Source of the DNA: an uncultured Acidobacteriota bacterium
GTDB taxonomy: Bacteria; Acidobacteriota; Vicinamibacteria; Vicinamibacterales; UBA8438
NCBI GenBank assembly: GCA_913043225.1
Contig: CAJWLU010000005.1
Location: 128,001 to 192,000 of the forward strand
DNA: 64,000 nucleotides
Direction of reading: 5' to 3'
A program made the translations under genes and the position numbers. A model generated the notes under the pieces. That model made no database searches. It saw nothing but the letters and a program-made list of their open reading frames with translations, and was not told the origin of the DNA. Positions 8,336 through 18,070 of this stretch are shown in pieces. Numbering within the stretch: position 1 is the first letter of the stretch; each line of letters starts with the position of its first letter.

Positions 8336-10246
8336 TCAAGGAGACGCCTCCACGGCCTCGAGGCGAATCGCCGCGCCCAGAAACCGACCATCGGCCGATG
8401 CGCCATCGAGTAACCTCGGCACGAATCCGTCCTCGACCGAGACTCGCAACAGATAGGCCCAGCTATCCCGGGAGTACACGCCCGTGGGCGAGAGTGTCAC
8501 GCTTCCTTCCACGTCAGGCTCAAGTGGCAGTCTCGCGCTGGCGCGGCCCACCTGAACCGACACACGATTAGCCACCGGCGACCGGGCCGTTACGGTGAGC
8601 GACTCCAGTTCCAGCCGATTCCGGACGATGATGTGGGCTTCGTCACCTCCCCCGGTGATCCAGATCCCCGGGGGTTCTGGCAACCAGGCGTTGTAGTCCA
8701 GAAAGTACAGCTGTACTCGCGGGTCGTTGCTGTGCAGGACCCTGGCTCGTGGACCGTCCAGATTGATCGGCAGATCCAGCACCATTGTCAGCTCGACCGG
8801 CAGCAGCCTTAAAGCCCCTTGTGCCGGCGCCAGATATGACTCCTTCGCGGAAACGAATGGATTGATCAGGATCTGACCGATGAAGAACATGCCCCCCAGT
8901 AGTGCCACCACCGTGGGGGCGAACCCTCGCATGGCTGGTGTCAAGAAGAAGAACAGCGCGTAGGTGGACAAGTAGTAGCGATTCCCGGTCGGTCCGCCAC
9001 CGCCAGACCAGGTAAAGGGCATGTAGAGCGCCAGGCCAACGGCAGAGACCACCGCCGTGGCCAGCGCCACCCATTGCCAAGAGCGCGCGGTCGATCGAGC
9101 CCGCCAGAACAGCAAGGTCGCGACGACCCCCGGAAACAGGAACGGCACGAAGCCGAAGTGCCGACCGATCAGGAAGTACCACACATTGCGAGCCAGCAAT
9201 GTCAGATACCCGGAGAGCGGTAGCGGGTCCTCGACTACGACGGCCCCGGTCGCCACGTTCTCGCCCAGCTCGCCGAACGGGGTGTCAGAGCCATCGAACG
9301 GGAATTCACCCGTCAGATATTTCCGATCGAGCCCGCCCTGGTAGTTAAACTCGCCGCTGACCATGGCATTCACGCCCAGCAGCGCGACAGCGATACCGGC
9401 GGCCAAGAATCCGACCACCCATCCCTGCCGGAATCTGCGTTGGGACCATAGGTAGAACACCGGCGCGGCAATGAACAATGGCGTCGGCACGGGCTTCGAA
9501 AAGATCGCAACCCCCAGCACGACGGCGGCCACCAGATCGACACCAGGACGGCGGAGCCAGTGCCCGACCGGCGTCGTGGGTGGACCCGCTACATCCTTGT
9601 AGAACCACAGGAAATAGGCAAAGAAGACGAGCGCGAAGTTAAAGAAGTCCGAGGAGAGCCAGACCGCGTAGATAGGCGCCTCGGACACGAACAGAAACAC
9701 CGCCACCCACGCCAAAGCGACGAGCGCAGGCGTGCGTCCCTGCAGGAACCTGTAGCCACAATAGAGCACAATGACCAACAGGATGACGTGAAACCAGAGC
9801 AGCCCGTTGATCCCGGCGATCCGAACGAATGGCGCCGCAAACAGGGCGGATACGAAGGCCTTACCAAAGTACAGACGATCGTCGCGCGCATCGGGATAGG
9901 TGTCGCGGTGGACGAACGGGAAGTCTCCGTTGACCTCCCAGAAGGAGCGGACCCCCTGCTTCAGAAAGACACCTTCGGGCCCACCGTCATAAATCTCGAA
10001 AAAGCGGTCGAGGTCGACACCATCGGTGTAGACGAGGTCGCCGTCGTAGGCCAGGCTCAGCGCCATCAGGACGTAGGTTGATTCATCCCCTTTGATACCA
10101 CGGAGGGTGCGCGGCACGTCGATCGACAGCGCGACGAACGACCCGACCAGCAGAAGCGCGAGCGTGACCGCGAGCCCGGGGTCACGCCACCGGGACGGGC
10201 GCCGCGCTTCAGCAACAGCGACCGGCTGGTCCATGCCGTCGATCAT
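8336..10246 (-). CDS. GT-C-like polytopic membrane protein with C-terminal periplasmic beta domain
   Basis: One TM helix then a loop KGDESTYVLMALSLAYDGDL (DE motif), about 10 further TM helices, WSGGGGPTGNRY, soluble tail ending DGRFLG. Confidence 0.65.
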   Translation of the reverse strand: MIDGMDQPVAVAEARRPSRWRDPGLAVTLALLLVGSFVALSIDVPRTLRGIKGDESTYVLMALSLAYDGDLVYTDGVDLDRFFEIYDGGPEGVFLKQGVRSFWEVNGDFPFVHRDTYPDARDDRLYFGKAFVSALFAAPFVRIAGINGLLWFHVILLVIVLYCGYRFLQGRTPALVALAWVAVFLFVSEAPIYAVWLSSDFFNFALVFFAYFLWFYKDVAGPPTTPVGHWLRRPGVDLVAAVVLGVAIFSKPVPTPLFIAAPVFYLWSQRRFRQGWVVGFLAAGIAVALLGVNAMVSGEFNYQGGLDRKYLTGEFPFDGSDTPFGELGENVATGAVVVEDPLPLSGYLTLLARNVWYFLIGRHFGFVPFLFPGVVATLLFWRARSTARSWQWVALATAVVSAVGLALYMPFTWSGGGGPTGNRYYLSTYALFFFLTPAMRGFAPTVVALLGGMFFIGQILINPFVSAKESYLAPAQGALRLLPVELTMVLDLPINLDGPRARVLHSNDPRVQLYFLDYNAWLPEPPGIWITGGGDEAHIIVRNRLELESLTVTARSPVANRVSVQVGRASARLPLEPDVEGSVTLSPTGVYSRDSWAYLLRVSVEDGFVPRLLDGASADGRFLGAAIRLEAVEASP

Positions 10247-10279
10247 AGTGTTCGTCGCGTCGAGTTTCGGCGTACGCGT

Positions 10280-11491
10280 CTAACCAGCCCCGGGGTGCCC
10301 CCCCCGGGTCAGGAACGACAGGTCCGCCTGCGCCACCCCTTCCCGGTGGGTGGCGCGCGAAACTGCGTGCATCAACAGATATAGCCGCTCCATCTTCTGA
10401 ACGAAGCGGCCGATGTCGTATTCCGCACCGGTCGCTCGGGCTTCGCGACCCAGGGCGTCCCGAGCGGCCGGGTCGGCCAGCAGTGCCACGATGGCGTCGG
10501 CCAAGGCCCCGGCATCCCGGCGCGGCACGATGCGCGCGTCGCGGCCCGGCGTCAGGATGTCGAGCAGTCCATCACAGTCGGTGGCCAGGATCGGTCGTCC
10601 CATCGCCAGCGCCTCGAAGGCCGTCAACGGAGTCCCTTCCCAGAGCGAGGGAAAGACCACAAGATCGAAGGCCGAATAGGCTGCCGACACGTCTCGCATA
10701 AAGCCGACGAAGGTGACCCGGTCCGCCACGCCCAGCGCCGAAGCTTGCGCCTCGAGGTCTCCTTGGAGCTCGCCCTCCCCGACCACGTAGAATCGTGCCC
10801 GATGGTCGGCAGCCAGCACGCGAGGAATCGCCTCGATCAGATACTGATTACCCTTCGAAGGCATCAGACGGGTGACGGTCCCAACCGCCAGCGCATCGGC
10901 CGGGATGCCCAGCTCGGCGCGCGCCTCCCGGACGTCGGCCGCCGTTCGTTCCTGTCCGAACTCGTCGACCGGCGCCCCCAGGTAGACCACCTTCGTCAGC
11001 CCGGCCGGGACACGGCGGGCATCGATCACGAACTCAGCGGTCGAGCGGGACACGGCGATCGCCAGATCGGTAAACGGTAGCAGCAGCTCATCGGCAACCT
11101 GCTGGAACCAGGGAGTACTTGTCAGATTCGCGTGCTCGTGGAGCAACGTTGGGATCCGGCACCAGGCGGCCGCGAGCCTCCCGAAGGTGGTCGCGCCGTA
11201 GCCGTGCATGTGTAGGATGTCAGCCTGTTTGTCATCGAGTACACGAAGGAGCGCCGGCAGCGTCATCGGGTCGAACCGGCTCCGTCCGAGATAAGTGACG
11301 TCAATACCGTAGCGTTCGAGATTGTCGACCGATTCATCCTGCTGCCGAAGGCTAATCAACGACACCTTGAAGCGCTCGGCATCGAACCGCGGAATCATCC
11401 AAGCGAAGAGCCGCTTCACCCCGTGCATGCGGGAACCGGCCCACCCAAGGTGGTCGCAAATCTGAACGACGTTCAGCGGACGGACGCTCAC
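10280..11491 (-). CDS. Glycosyltransferase family 4
   Basis: PSLWEGTPLTAFEALAMGRP; start placed at GTG 11491, overlapping the upstream stop (GTGA). Confidence 0.9.
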   Translation of the reverse strand: MSVRPLNVVQICDHLGWAGSRMHGVKRLFAWMIPRFDAERFKVSLISLRQQDESVDNLERYGIDVTYLGRSRFDPMTLPALLRVLDDKQADILHMHGYGATTFGRLAAAWCRIPTLLHEHANLTSTPWFQQVADELLLPFTDLAIAVSRSTAEFVIDARRVPAGLTKVVYLGAPVDEFGQERTAADVREARAELGIPADALAVGTVTRLMPSKGNQYLIEAIPRVLAADHRARFYVVGEGELQGDLEAQASALGVADRVTFVGFMRDVSAAYSAFDLVVFPSLWEGTPLTAFEALAMGRPILATDCDGLLDILTPGRDARIVPRRDAGALADAIVALLADPAARDALGREARATGAEYDIGRFVQKMERLYLLMHAVSRATHREGVAQADLSFLTRGGHPGAG

Positions 11492-12471
11492 GGCAACAAC
11501 CCCTGTTCTCGATACCATGCCGCCGTCCGGCGAATGCCCTCGTCGAGATCCACTTTAGGCTCGAATCCCAGCTCACGTCTCGCCTTCGTGGCGTCGAAGG
11601 CACGGCTCTTGATGAAGAAGTCAACCCGACGCCGATAGAGCGGCGGCTCGAGGCGGAGCGGCACGCAGACAAGCTCGCAGAGTGCCCCAATCAACCAGAC
11701 CGGCCAAACGGGCACCCGGAACCGCGGCGGCGACGTACCAAGCTCTCGCGCAATCAGCTCGACCAGCTCCCACAAGGTGGTGTAGCGAACGCCGGCGAGC
11801 AGATACGTCTCCCCCGCGGCAGCCGGCACTGTCCCGCACAGCCGAAACCCCTCCACAAGATCCTCCACGAACGTGAGGTGATAGAACGCCCGTCCCGGCC
11901 CGATCATGATCGCGCCCTTGGCCAGCTTGAACAGCTTGAGAAACCGTGCGTCGCCAGGACCATAGATGCCGATCGGTCGCGCCACGACTACTTCCAGCTC
12001 TCCTCGCTCGCCCCGGGTACGCGCGAGCCGCTCGCCGTCCAGCTTGGTCTCCTGGTAGATGTCGCCCGGTGCCAGCGGTGCCGTCTCGTCAGCCGGAGGC
12101 TGCTCGATGTGGCCGTGAACCCCGCCCGTGCTGCAGTGAACGAAACGACTGGCGCCGGCATCGACCGCCGCGTTGAGCAGCCGCTCTGTGCCACCGACAT
12201 TGACGTCCCGATAAATCGTGGCGGCCTGCCCGGCTGTCCGATACGTCGCCGCGATGTGATAGACGACGTCGACGCCATGGCACGCTCGGCCCAGTGACGC
12301 CACGTCTGCGAGATCGCCCTCGACGACCTCGATTCCGGCCTCGGACAGCAGGCGCCCCCGCTCGCGGCTCTCGGGCCGGACGAGCGCCCGCACCCGGTCG
12401 CCCGAACGTGCAAGATGACGCGCCAGCCAATCACCGGTGAACCCCGTCGCCCCGGTGACGAGACTGGTCAC
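11488..12471 (-). CDS. NAD-dependent epimerase/dehydratase (extended SDR)
   Basis: TGATGFTG, HIAA, STGG, YQETK (YxxxK), IYGPG. Confidence 0.92.
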   Translation of the reverse strand: MTSLVTGATGFTGDWLARHLARSGDRVRALVRPESRERGRLLSEAGIEVVEGDLADVASLGRACHGVDVVYHIAATYRTAGQAATIYRDVNVGGTERLLNAAVDAGASRFVHCSTGGVHGHIEQPPADETAPLAPGDIYQETKLDGERLARTRGERGELEVVVARPIGIYGPGDARFLKLFKLAKGAIMIGPGRAFYHLTFVEDLVEGFRLCGTVPAAAGETYLLAGVRYTTLWELVELIARELGTSPPRFRVPVWPVWLIGALCELVCVPLRLEPPLYRRRVDFFIKSRAFDATKARRELGFEPKVDLDEGIRRTAAWYREQGLLP

Positions 12472-13700
12472 AAGGTCGCCACGCCCCCGGCAGCATCCAG
12501 CGTCGTCACCGAAGGACCGTCGAGCGCATCCTGCCCGAGCAGCCGTCGATAGGCGTCCTGGGTACGCGCGACATAGGCCGCCCGGCTGTACTTGCGCTCC
12601 GCGAGGTCGGCGGCAGCGGCCGCCAGCGCGGTCCGGGCCGCTGGATCATCGATAAGCTGCCCCAATGCTTCCGCAAACGGGCCCGCTTCGGGCGGCACCA
12701 ACAGCGCCGTGCCCGATTCAAGCACCTGGGTGTGCGTGCGGAGATCAGTGGCCACGATGGGTCGTCCCGAGCGGAGATAAGAGTAGATCTTCAGTGGCGT
12801 GTTCGTACCGGCAATCCGCGGTGACGCAAGGATGTCGGCGGCCGCAACGAACGAGGGGATCTCGGTGGCCGGGCGTTGCCCGGTGAACACCACCGGCAGC
12901 CCCTCGCCAAGCCGAGCACGGGCCGCCTCTACCTGATCCGCCGAACCGCCAACGACCAGGACCCGAGCGGCCGGATGAGAACGGGCGAGATACCGGGCCG
13001 CCTCGAACAGGAGGTCCAAACCCTGATAGGCCTCGAACGTACCGGTGTAGAGCACGAGCGGCGCGTCGGCATCGATGCCCCACTCGTCGCGGACCGCCGG
13101 CCCCTCCTCCTGGCTCTCCATATCGCCGCCCATCACGTTCTCGATCAGCACGGCGCGGTCACCGGCCCCCAGATCGCTCACCGTATCCTGCAGTTCCTGA
13201 CAGATGGTGATCACCACCTGCGACCCTGCGATCATGGCGCGCTCCGAACGTGCAAAGACGCCCCGGATTAGGGCGGACCTGGAGTAGCTGAAGTTAGACA
13301 GCTGCTGCGGCAGGCTCGAATGCATGTCGTAGAGGTGCGGGATTCCCAGCCGACCTGCCAGCCACACTCCCAGGGCCCCGGCCTCCTCATGCGAGTGGAT
13401 TGCCGCATAGCGTCCGGGTTTGGCCAACCGGAACGCAGTCACCGCCAGCAGCCCATCCAGCAGCAGCTTCACCAGCGACGGGCCGATGCCCACCCGTTTG
13501 ACGAACGGGAGACGTGCGCTCCGGATGATGGTGAGCCCCGGCAGCTCGACGTCCTGGCCGATGGGATAGGTGACCAGGTCAATGCGATAGCCGAGCTCAA
13601 CCAGCGCCTTGATTCGGTGATATTCGCTAAATGGCGTGCCTCGAGGCTCGAAGAACGGCTCGGGAGCGAGCATCAAAATACGAGGGGGACTGCTCACCAT
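12468..13700 (-). CDS. Glycosyltransferase family 4
   Basis: APEPFFEPRGTP, YTGTFEAYQG, PLKIYSYLRSGRPIVAT; start placed at ATG 13700. Confidence 0.88.
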   Translation of the reverse strand: MVSSPPRILMLAPEPFFEPRGTPFSEYHRIKALVELGYRIDLVTYPIGQDVELPGLTIIRSARLPFVKRVGIGPSLVKLLLDGLLAVTAFRLAKPGRYAAIHSHEEAGALGVWLAGRLGIPHLYDMHSSLPQQLSNFSYSRSALIRGVFARSERAMIAGSQVVITICQELQDTVSDLGAGDRAVLIENVMGGDMESQEEGPAVRDEWGIDADAPLVLYTGTFEAYQGLDLLFEAARYLARSHPAARVLVVGGSADQVEAARARLGEGLPVVFTGQRPATEIPSFVAAADILASPRIAGTNTPLKIYSYLRSGRPIVATDLRTHTQVLESGTALLVPPEAGPFAEALGQLIDDPAARTALAAAAADLAERKYSRAAYVARTQDAYRRLLGQDALDGPSVTTLDAAGGVATL

Positions 13701-13805
13701 CGTCGGCGGTGGCGCTCTGGTACAAGAACGGAGGCGCGCTCCCGGGCTGTGGATCAATCGCTCGGTGCCCGGCGAGACCCGGGATCAAGACCAGGCTGGA
13801 GGCGA

Positions 13806-13811
13806 ATTATA
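13806..13811 (-). promoter_or_regulatory. Putative -10 element (TATAAT) for the GT4/epimerase/GT-C operon
   Basis: Perfect TATAAT on the minus strand in the divergent intergenic region, about 105 nt upstream of ATG 13700. Confidence 0.45.
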
Positions 13812-14046
13812 CCGGCCCTGCCCGTCACCGGTCAACGCGACCATCGCCGTTTATTACTGAAGGGACACAACTTACGGCCATTGGCCCATCGTGGGTGTCT
13901 GGCGGGATATCGCCCCGTCACGCCGGCGTCCCAGGCCGGCGTGGCGGCAGACCTGGCCTCGCACCGAGCTGACGCATCACAAAAGCGCCCCCTACACGAT
14001 CAAGGACTGCACAAAACGGCACAGACGACCGAAAAGAAGAAACGGC

Positions 14047-15591
14047 ATGCCATTCGACCTCCGTAGTATTGCCGCGCAACACCGCTCCGCATTGCTGTTG
14101 ACCGCTCTCGCCCTTACGGCCGCCTGCGAAACCGAGCGCAGCTCAAACCCGCTGAGCCCCAACATCGCCGGCCCCCTCCCTGGGGTGACGATCACCGCGC
14201 CGGGCACGGTCGGCCCAATCGACTCGATGCTCATTGCATCCGACACCCAGCCGGTGACGCTGACCTTCAGTCCGGCGATGTCGAACAGCGTGCGTCCGTT
14301 CACCTATGAGGTGCAGGTGGCCACCGACCCAGAATTCGGTCAGATCATCGTCTCGCTGACCGGCATCGAGCCGAACGAGTCGGGCCAGGTCGTCGTGCAG
14401 CTCCCGGAGTCGCTCGAAGCCGAACAGGCCTATTCCTGGCGCGTGCGGGCCGTCGATGGCGCCAACACCGGCCCCTACTCGACCGCAGGCACCTTCGAGA
14501 TCTTCACTCCGGTGACGATCGCGCCGCCGGTCATCTCCGGACCCACTGGAGGGGAGGAGGCCGAGTCGCATGTGGTCACGCTGGTAGCGGTCAACGCCGA
14601 GATCACCGGTCCGGCCAAAGAGATCCGTTATCGATTCGAGCTCGCCGGCGAGCCGACGTTCGCCAGTCCGTCGGCGATCATGACCGTGAATCAGGCCGGC
14701 GGTACAACCACGTCAGTGTCACCTGGCGCTCTACCGTACGCTGAGCAGTTCTATTGGCGGGTCCGGGTTTCTGCTCGCGCCAGAAACGGTGAGGTTGTCG
14801 GCGAGTGGAGCGCGACAGCAAGCTTCAGCACGCCGCCAGCGCCCGTAGCGATTACCCCGCCAACCCCAGTGGCGCCGATCAACAGCGCCACGGTCTCGAC
14901 GCAACCCACCCTGACGGTGGCCAACGGACCGATCTCCGGCAACCCGGGCATCGTCACCTATCAGTTCGAGGTCGACGACAGCTCGTCGTTCTCGAGTCCT
15001 GAAAGCTCCTTCTCGGTGACCCGGTCGGGGACCGGCACGACATCTGGCCTGGTCACGGTCTCGTTGACAGCGGGCCAGCAGTTCTACTGGCGTGTGCGGG
15101 GTACGAACGAAACCGTGACCAGTGCCTGGTCGCCGACCGCCACATTCCTGACCGAGACCAACTCTCCGCCCAGTCCGACCCCGGACGGCCCAGCCGCTCC
15201 GCCGGCGCCCGACCCTGGACCTGGTGGGATGCTGCCGCTCCCCAACATGTCAAGCGTCGTGCAGCAGGTGGCATACGAACACCCGGATGCCTTAGCGAAC
15301 TCGTGCCAGGAACAAGGGGGCTCTTGGGAGTTCATGGACCTCGTTGTCGCGCGGCTCCGCCAGACCGATGGCCGGTGGGGCTACAACTGCAAACGCGGCA
15401 ACTGCGGAGACGTCTCACAGGACGTGGTTGACTACCACTGGGGCAACGGCTCGGCCAGCGGCTCCACCGAGGTCTACATCATCGACATCATCGGCGGCCA
15501 CTGTGGCCCCAACCCCTCCCCTGAGTGGATCGACCAGACACAGGCGACGGCCGAGGCCGGCACCATTGGTCGCTGGATCTTCCCCAGATAG
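14047..15591 (+). CDS. Lipoprotein with three Ig/FN3-like repeats, Pro-rich linker and conserved unknown C-terminal domain
   Basis: Lipobox LALTAA-C after ATG 14047; three ~100-aa repeats containing Y.F....W(R)VR...WS...F.T; C-terminal domain nearly collinear with that of 16739..18019. Confidence 0.8.
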   Translation: MPFDLRSIAAQHRSALLLTALALTAACETERSSNPLSPNIAGPLPGVTITAPGTVGPIDSMLIASDTQPVTLTFSPAMSNSVRPFTYEVQVATDPEFGQIIVSLTGIEPNESGQVVVQLPESLEAEQAYSWRVRAVDGANTGPYSTAGTFEIFTPVTIAPPVISGPTGGEEAESHVVTLVAVNAEITGPAKEIRYRFELAGEPTFASPSAIMTVNQAGGTTTSVSPGALPYAEQFYWRVRVSARARNGEVVGEWSATASFSTPPAPVAITPPTPVAPINSATVSTQPTLTVANGPISGNPGIVTYQFEVDDSSSFSSPESSFSVTRSGTGTTSGLVTVSLTAGQQFYWRVRGTNETVTSAWSPTATFLTETNSPPSPTPDGPAAPPAPDPGPGGMLPLPNMSSVVQQVAYEHPDALANSCQEQGGSWEFMDLVVARLRQTDGRWGYNCKRGNCGDVSQDVVDYHWGNGSASGSTEVYIIDIIGGHCGPNPSPEWIDQTQATAEAGTIGRWIFPR

Positions 15592-15690
15592 ATTAATTTC
15601 AAGTCAAACATCCCCGACCCGGCGGCGCACACCAGGCGTCCGCCAGTCAGACGGGGGCTCCGGGATCTCCGCGAGGAACCGTACACAAGA

Positions 15691-15722
15691 ACGCCTCCGA
15701 GGTGCTCACACCTCGGAGGCGT
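15691..15722. terminator. Perfect 14-bp inverted repeat between convergent genes (probable bidirectional terminator)
   Basis: ACGCCTCCGAGGTG-ctca-CACCTCGGAGGCGT; no strong U-tract. Confidence 0.65.
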
Positions 15723-15748
15723 CGGTACTCGAAGCAGTGGTCGGGCCG

Positions 15749-16519
15749 CTAGAACTTCACGCGGAGGCCGATACCGGACTGGACGCCACCCACATCGATT
15801 GACTGGTCACCACCGGCCGCCGGCAAGTCCACCGAGCCTGCGGTGTAGCGCAGGAAGATCCCGCCGCCGTACCGCTCGTTCACCCAGTACTGGATATCGG
15901 CCCCCACGTTGCCACCGACCGCTGTCCGCCGGATCGCGGCCGTGGTGGCCGACAAGTTGACCAACTCAAACGGCGCCCCGATCTCGACCGGCTGGACCTC
16001 AGCAATCAGGCTCTGGTCCACATTAAAGATCGACGGGCCGCCGCTGAGGGCGACTGTAATCTTCTCGGTGAGCGGCATCACCCAGACACCCTGCAGGTGA
16101 ATGCCAACCTCCTTGTAATCGCCACTCGTCACGTCCAGCACGCCGAGGCGCGGACGGTTGTAGAACAGCGGGTGAGGAACGCTTGACGAGATATTCGCGC
16201 CGTCCTTCGTATTGAACGAGGTGACCGCGATCCCTGCTGCTAGGTTTTTCCACACGCGGTACGCGCCACCGATCTCGAAACCGCCACCACCGCCACTCGC
16301 GTGACTAATCGTGGAGCTCGCCGTCTCGTCGAAGATCGTCGCAGTCAAGCTCTCGGTGAAGACCCGATCCTTCACCTGATACATATAGTTAACGCCGATA
16401 TACCCGGTCTCTTCCCATGGCGTCATCTGCGCCGCTGCCTTGGCAGGGGCTCCAATGATGCCCGCCATCACACCGAGCGCCACGGCGCCTCGAATCACCA
16501 CACGTCTGCCGATCTGCAT
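15749..16519 (-). CDS. Outer-membrane beta-barrel protein
   Basis: Signal peptide ending AKAAA-Q, amphipathic strands, C-terminal GIGLRVKF (terminal Phe). Start at ATG 16519 with GAGG upstream. Confidence 0.8.
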   Translation of the reverse strand: MQIGRRVVIRGAVALGVMAGIIGAPAKAAAQMTPWEETGYIGVNYMYQVKDRVFTESLTATIFDETASSTISHASGGGGGFEIGGAYRVWKNLAAGIAVTSFNTKDGANISSSVPHPLFYNRPRLGVLDVTSGDYKEVGIHLQGVWVMPLTEKITVALSGGPSIFNVDQSLIAEVQPVEIGAPFELVNLSATTAAIRRTAVGGNVGADIQYWVNERYGGGIFLRYTAGSVDLPAAGGDQSIDVGGVQSGIGLRVKF

Positions 16520-16598
16520 CTGAGTGTTTACCTCTGTTTCCGTCTCCTCCTCGTCGCAGGAGACGTGAGCGGCGACCTCCGCCCTCCGTCGAATTAGG

Positions 16599-16660
16599 AT
16601 CGTAGCACAGGGAACAGCCGTGCTGAGCCGACCCGCGCGCCGCCCCGGTTCTGCTATCAT
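16599..16660. promoter_or_regulatory. Divergent extended -10 promoters
   Basis: TGcTACGAT on the minus strand (16599-16607) toward the barrel gene and TGcTATCAT on the plus strand (16652-16660) toward the lipoprotein gene. Confidence 0.5.
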
Positions 16661-16738
16661 GCGGTGTTGCAAGCGCAACACTGCTAGGGCTCTGGGCCCT
16701 GGTGGTTCTCTGACTTCTCGCGGAGGAATTCGGCTCTC

Positions 16739-18019
16739 ATGGTGAAGACCCAAACAAAGCTCCTCGCCGCCGCGCTCACATGCGTACTCCTTACGGTCAG
16801 CTGTGGCGACGAGACAACCCCGACTGCTCCCAGTGCTACGTCCACAGTGGCACTGCCGGCCGAAGCGGCACAGGGCAGCCCTGTCGCCGGCGGCGTTATT
16901 GGCCTGCTCGACATCGACATCAACGCAGCGCTGCCATCAGGCACCATCTCGCTAAAAACCCCAGCGCCGGCTCTCTCGTCACCAGCCAATAATGCGACCA
17001 CCGACGATCTAACGCCGACGCTGACCATCAGTAACTCGACACCGACAAACATAAGCCCGTCGGAGGCACCGGCGTTCACCTACGAGTTCGAAGTATTTAG
17101 GGTTGACGGTGCGACCATGACGCGCGTGGCCCACGGAAACAACCGCCCCGCCGGCGGAGGCACCACCTCGTGGACTGTCAGCCCGAGCCTGGTGCAAACC
17201 ACGACCTACACGTGGCGGGCACGCGCGAAGATCGGGAACGAAACCGGACCATGGGCCCAGCCCTACACCTTCACGACCCCAACAATGATCACGATCGGGG
17301 TTCCGACGCTCAACGCGCCCGCCAACGGCGGCGAGGTCTCGACCTCCCGGCCAGACCTCGTGGTCAATAACCCGACGGTGTCGGCCAACGCCGGAACGAT
17401 CGAGATCCAGTATCAGATCGACGATGACGTCAATCTTTCGAGCCCCACGCTCATTAAGGTGGCGATGAACCAAAGCAGCGGGACCACCACAGGTAATTAC
17501 GCCGGCACGCTGATCCCAGGAACGACCTATGGCTGGCGTGTCCAAGCCACCAACGGTACCGTGTCTAGTGGTTGGTCGCCGATCTGGACCTTTACAGTGG
17601 TGGAGGGAAATCGCACAGCAGATCCGACGCCGGGTCAGGCGCTACCGCTGCCGGACGAGTACTCGGTCGTCCTAGCCCTGGCGGCAGAACGACCGGACTT
17701 ACTGGCGGATTCCTGCCAACCAGAGTATGGAGGTCCTTACGCGACTGGCACCTGGGAGTTCCTTGACATCTTGGTCGAGCGGCTCCGGGCGAAAGACACC
17801 CGCTGGGGCTATAACTGCAAACGTGGCAACTGTAACGACGTCTCACTCGACGTGGTCGACTACCACTGGGGCGCCGGCGAGAGTCAAAACAGCACGCAGG
17901 TGTACATCATCGACGTGATTGGCGGCCACTGTGGTCCGGACCCTGGGGCGGCCTGGATCGATCAGACCGACGCGACGTCCGACCACGGCGACATCGGTCG
18001 CTGGACATACCCGCGTTAG
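16739..18019 (+). CDS. Lipoprotein with two Ig/FN3-like repeats and the same conserved unknown C-terminal domain (paralog of 14047..15591)
   Basis: GGAGG RBS, lipobox LLTVS-C, two repeats (YTWRARA, YGWRVQA), C-terminal RWGYNCKRGNC..VSLDVVDYHWG..VYIIDVIGGHCG. Confidence 0.85.
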   Translation: MVKTQTKLLAAALTCVLLTVSCGDETTPTAPSATSTVALPAEAAQGSPVAGGVIGLLDIDINAALPSGTISLKTPAPALSSPANNATTDDLTPTLTISNSTPTNISPSEAPAFTYEFEVFRVDGATMTRVAHGNNRPAGGGTTSWTVSPSLVQTTTYTWRARAKIGNETGPWAQPYTFTTPTMITIGVPTLNAPANGGEVSTSRPDLVVNNPTVSANAGTIEIQYQIDDDVNLSSPTLIKVAMNQSSGTTTGNYAGTLIPGTTYGWRVQATNGTVSSGWSPIWTFTVVEGNRTADPTPGQALPLPDEYSVVLALAAERPDLLADSCQPEYGGPYATGTWEFLDILVERLRAKDTRWGYNCKRGNCNDVSLDVVDYHWGAGESQNSTQVYIIDVIGGHCGPDPGAAWIDQTDATSDHGDIGRWTYPR

Positions 18020-18035
18020 TCACCACAGACGCAGT

Positions 18036-18064
18036 GGCGGAGGGATCACCGCGATCTCTCCGCC
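18036..18064 (+). terminator. GC-rich hairpin between the lipoprotein and methyltransferase genes
   Basis: GGCGGAGGGATC-accgc-GATCTCTCCGCC (one G-U pair), followed by CCTTTC and then ATG. Confidence 0.5.
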
Positions 18065-18070
18065 CCTTTC

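Noticed and set aside
14047..18019. Repeated segments as a CRISPR array or a diversity-generating retroelement template/variable pair
   Set aside because: Similarity is at protein level with synonymous divergence and is not adenine-specific; no reverse transcriptase, cas genes or spaced direct repeats.
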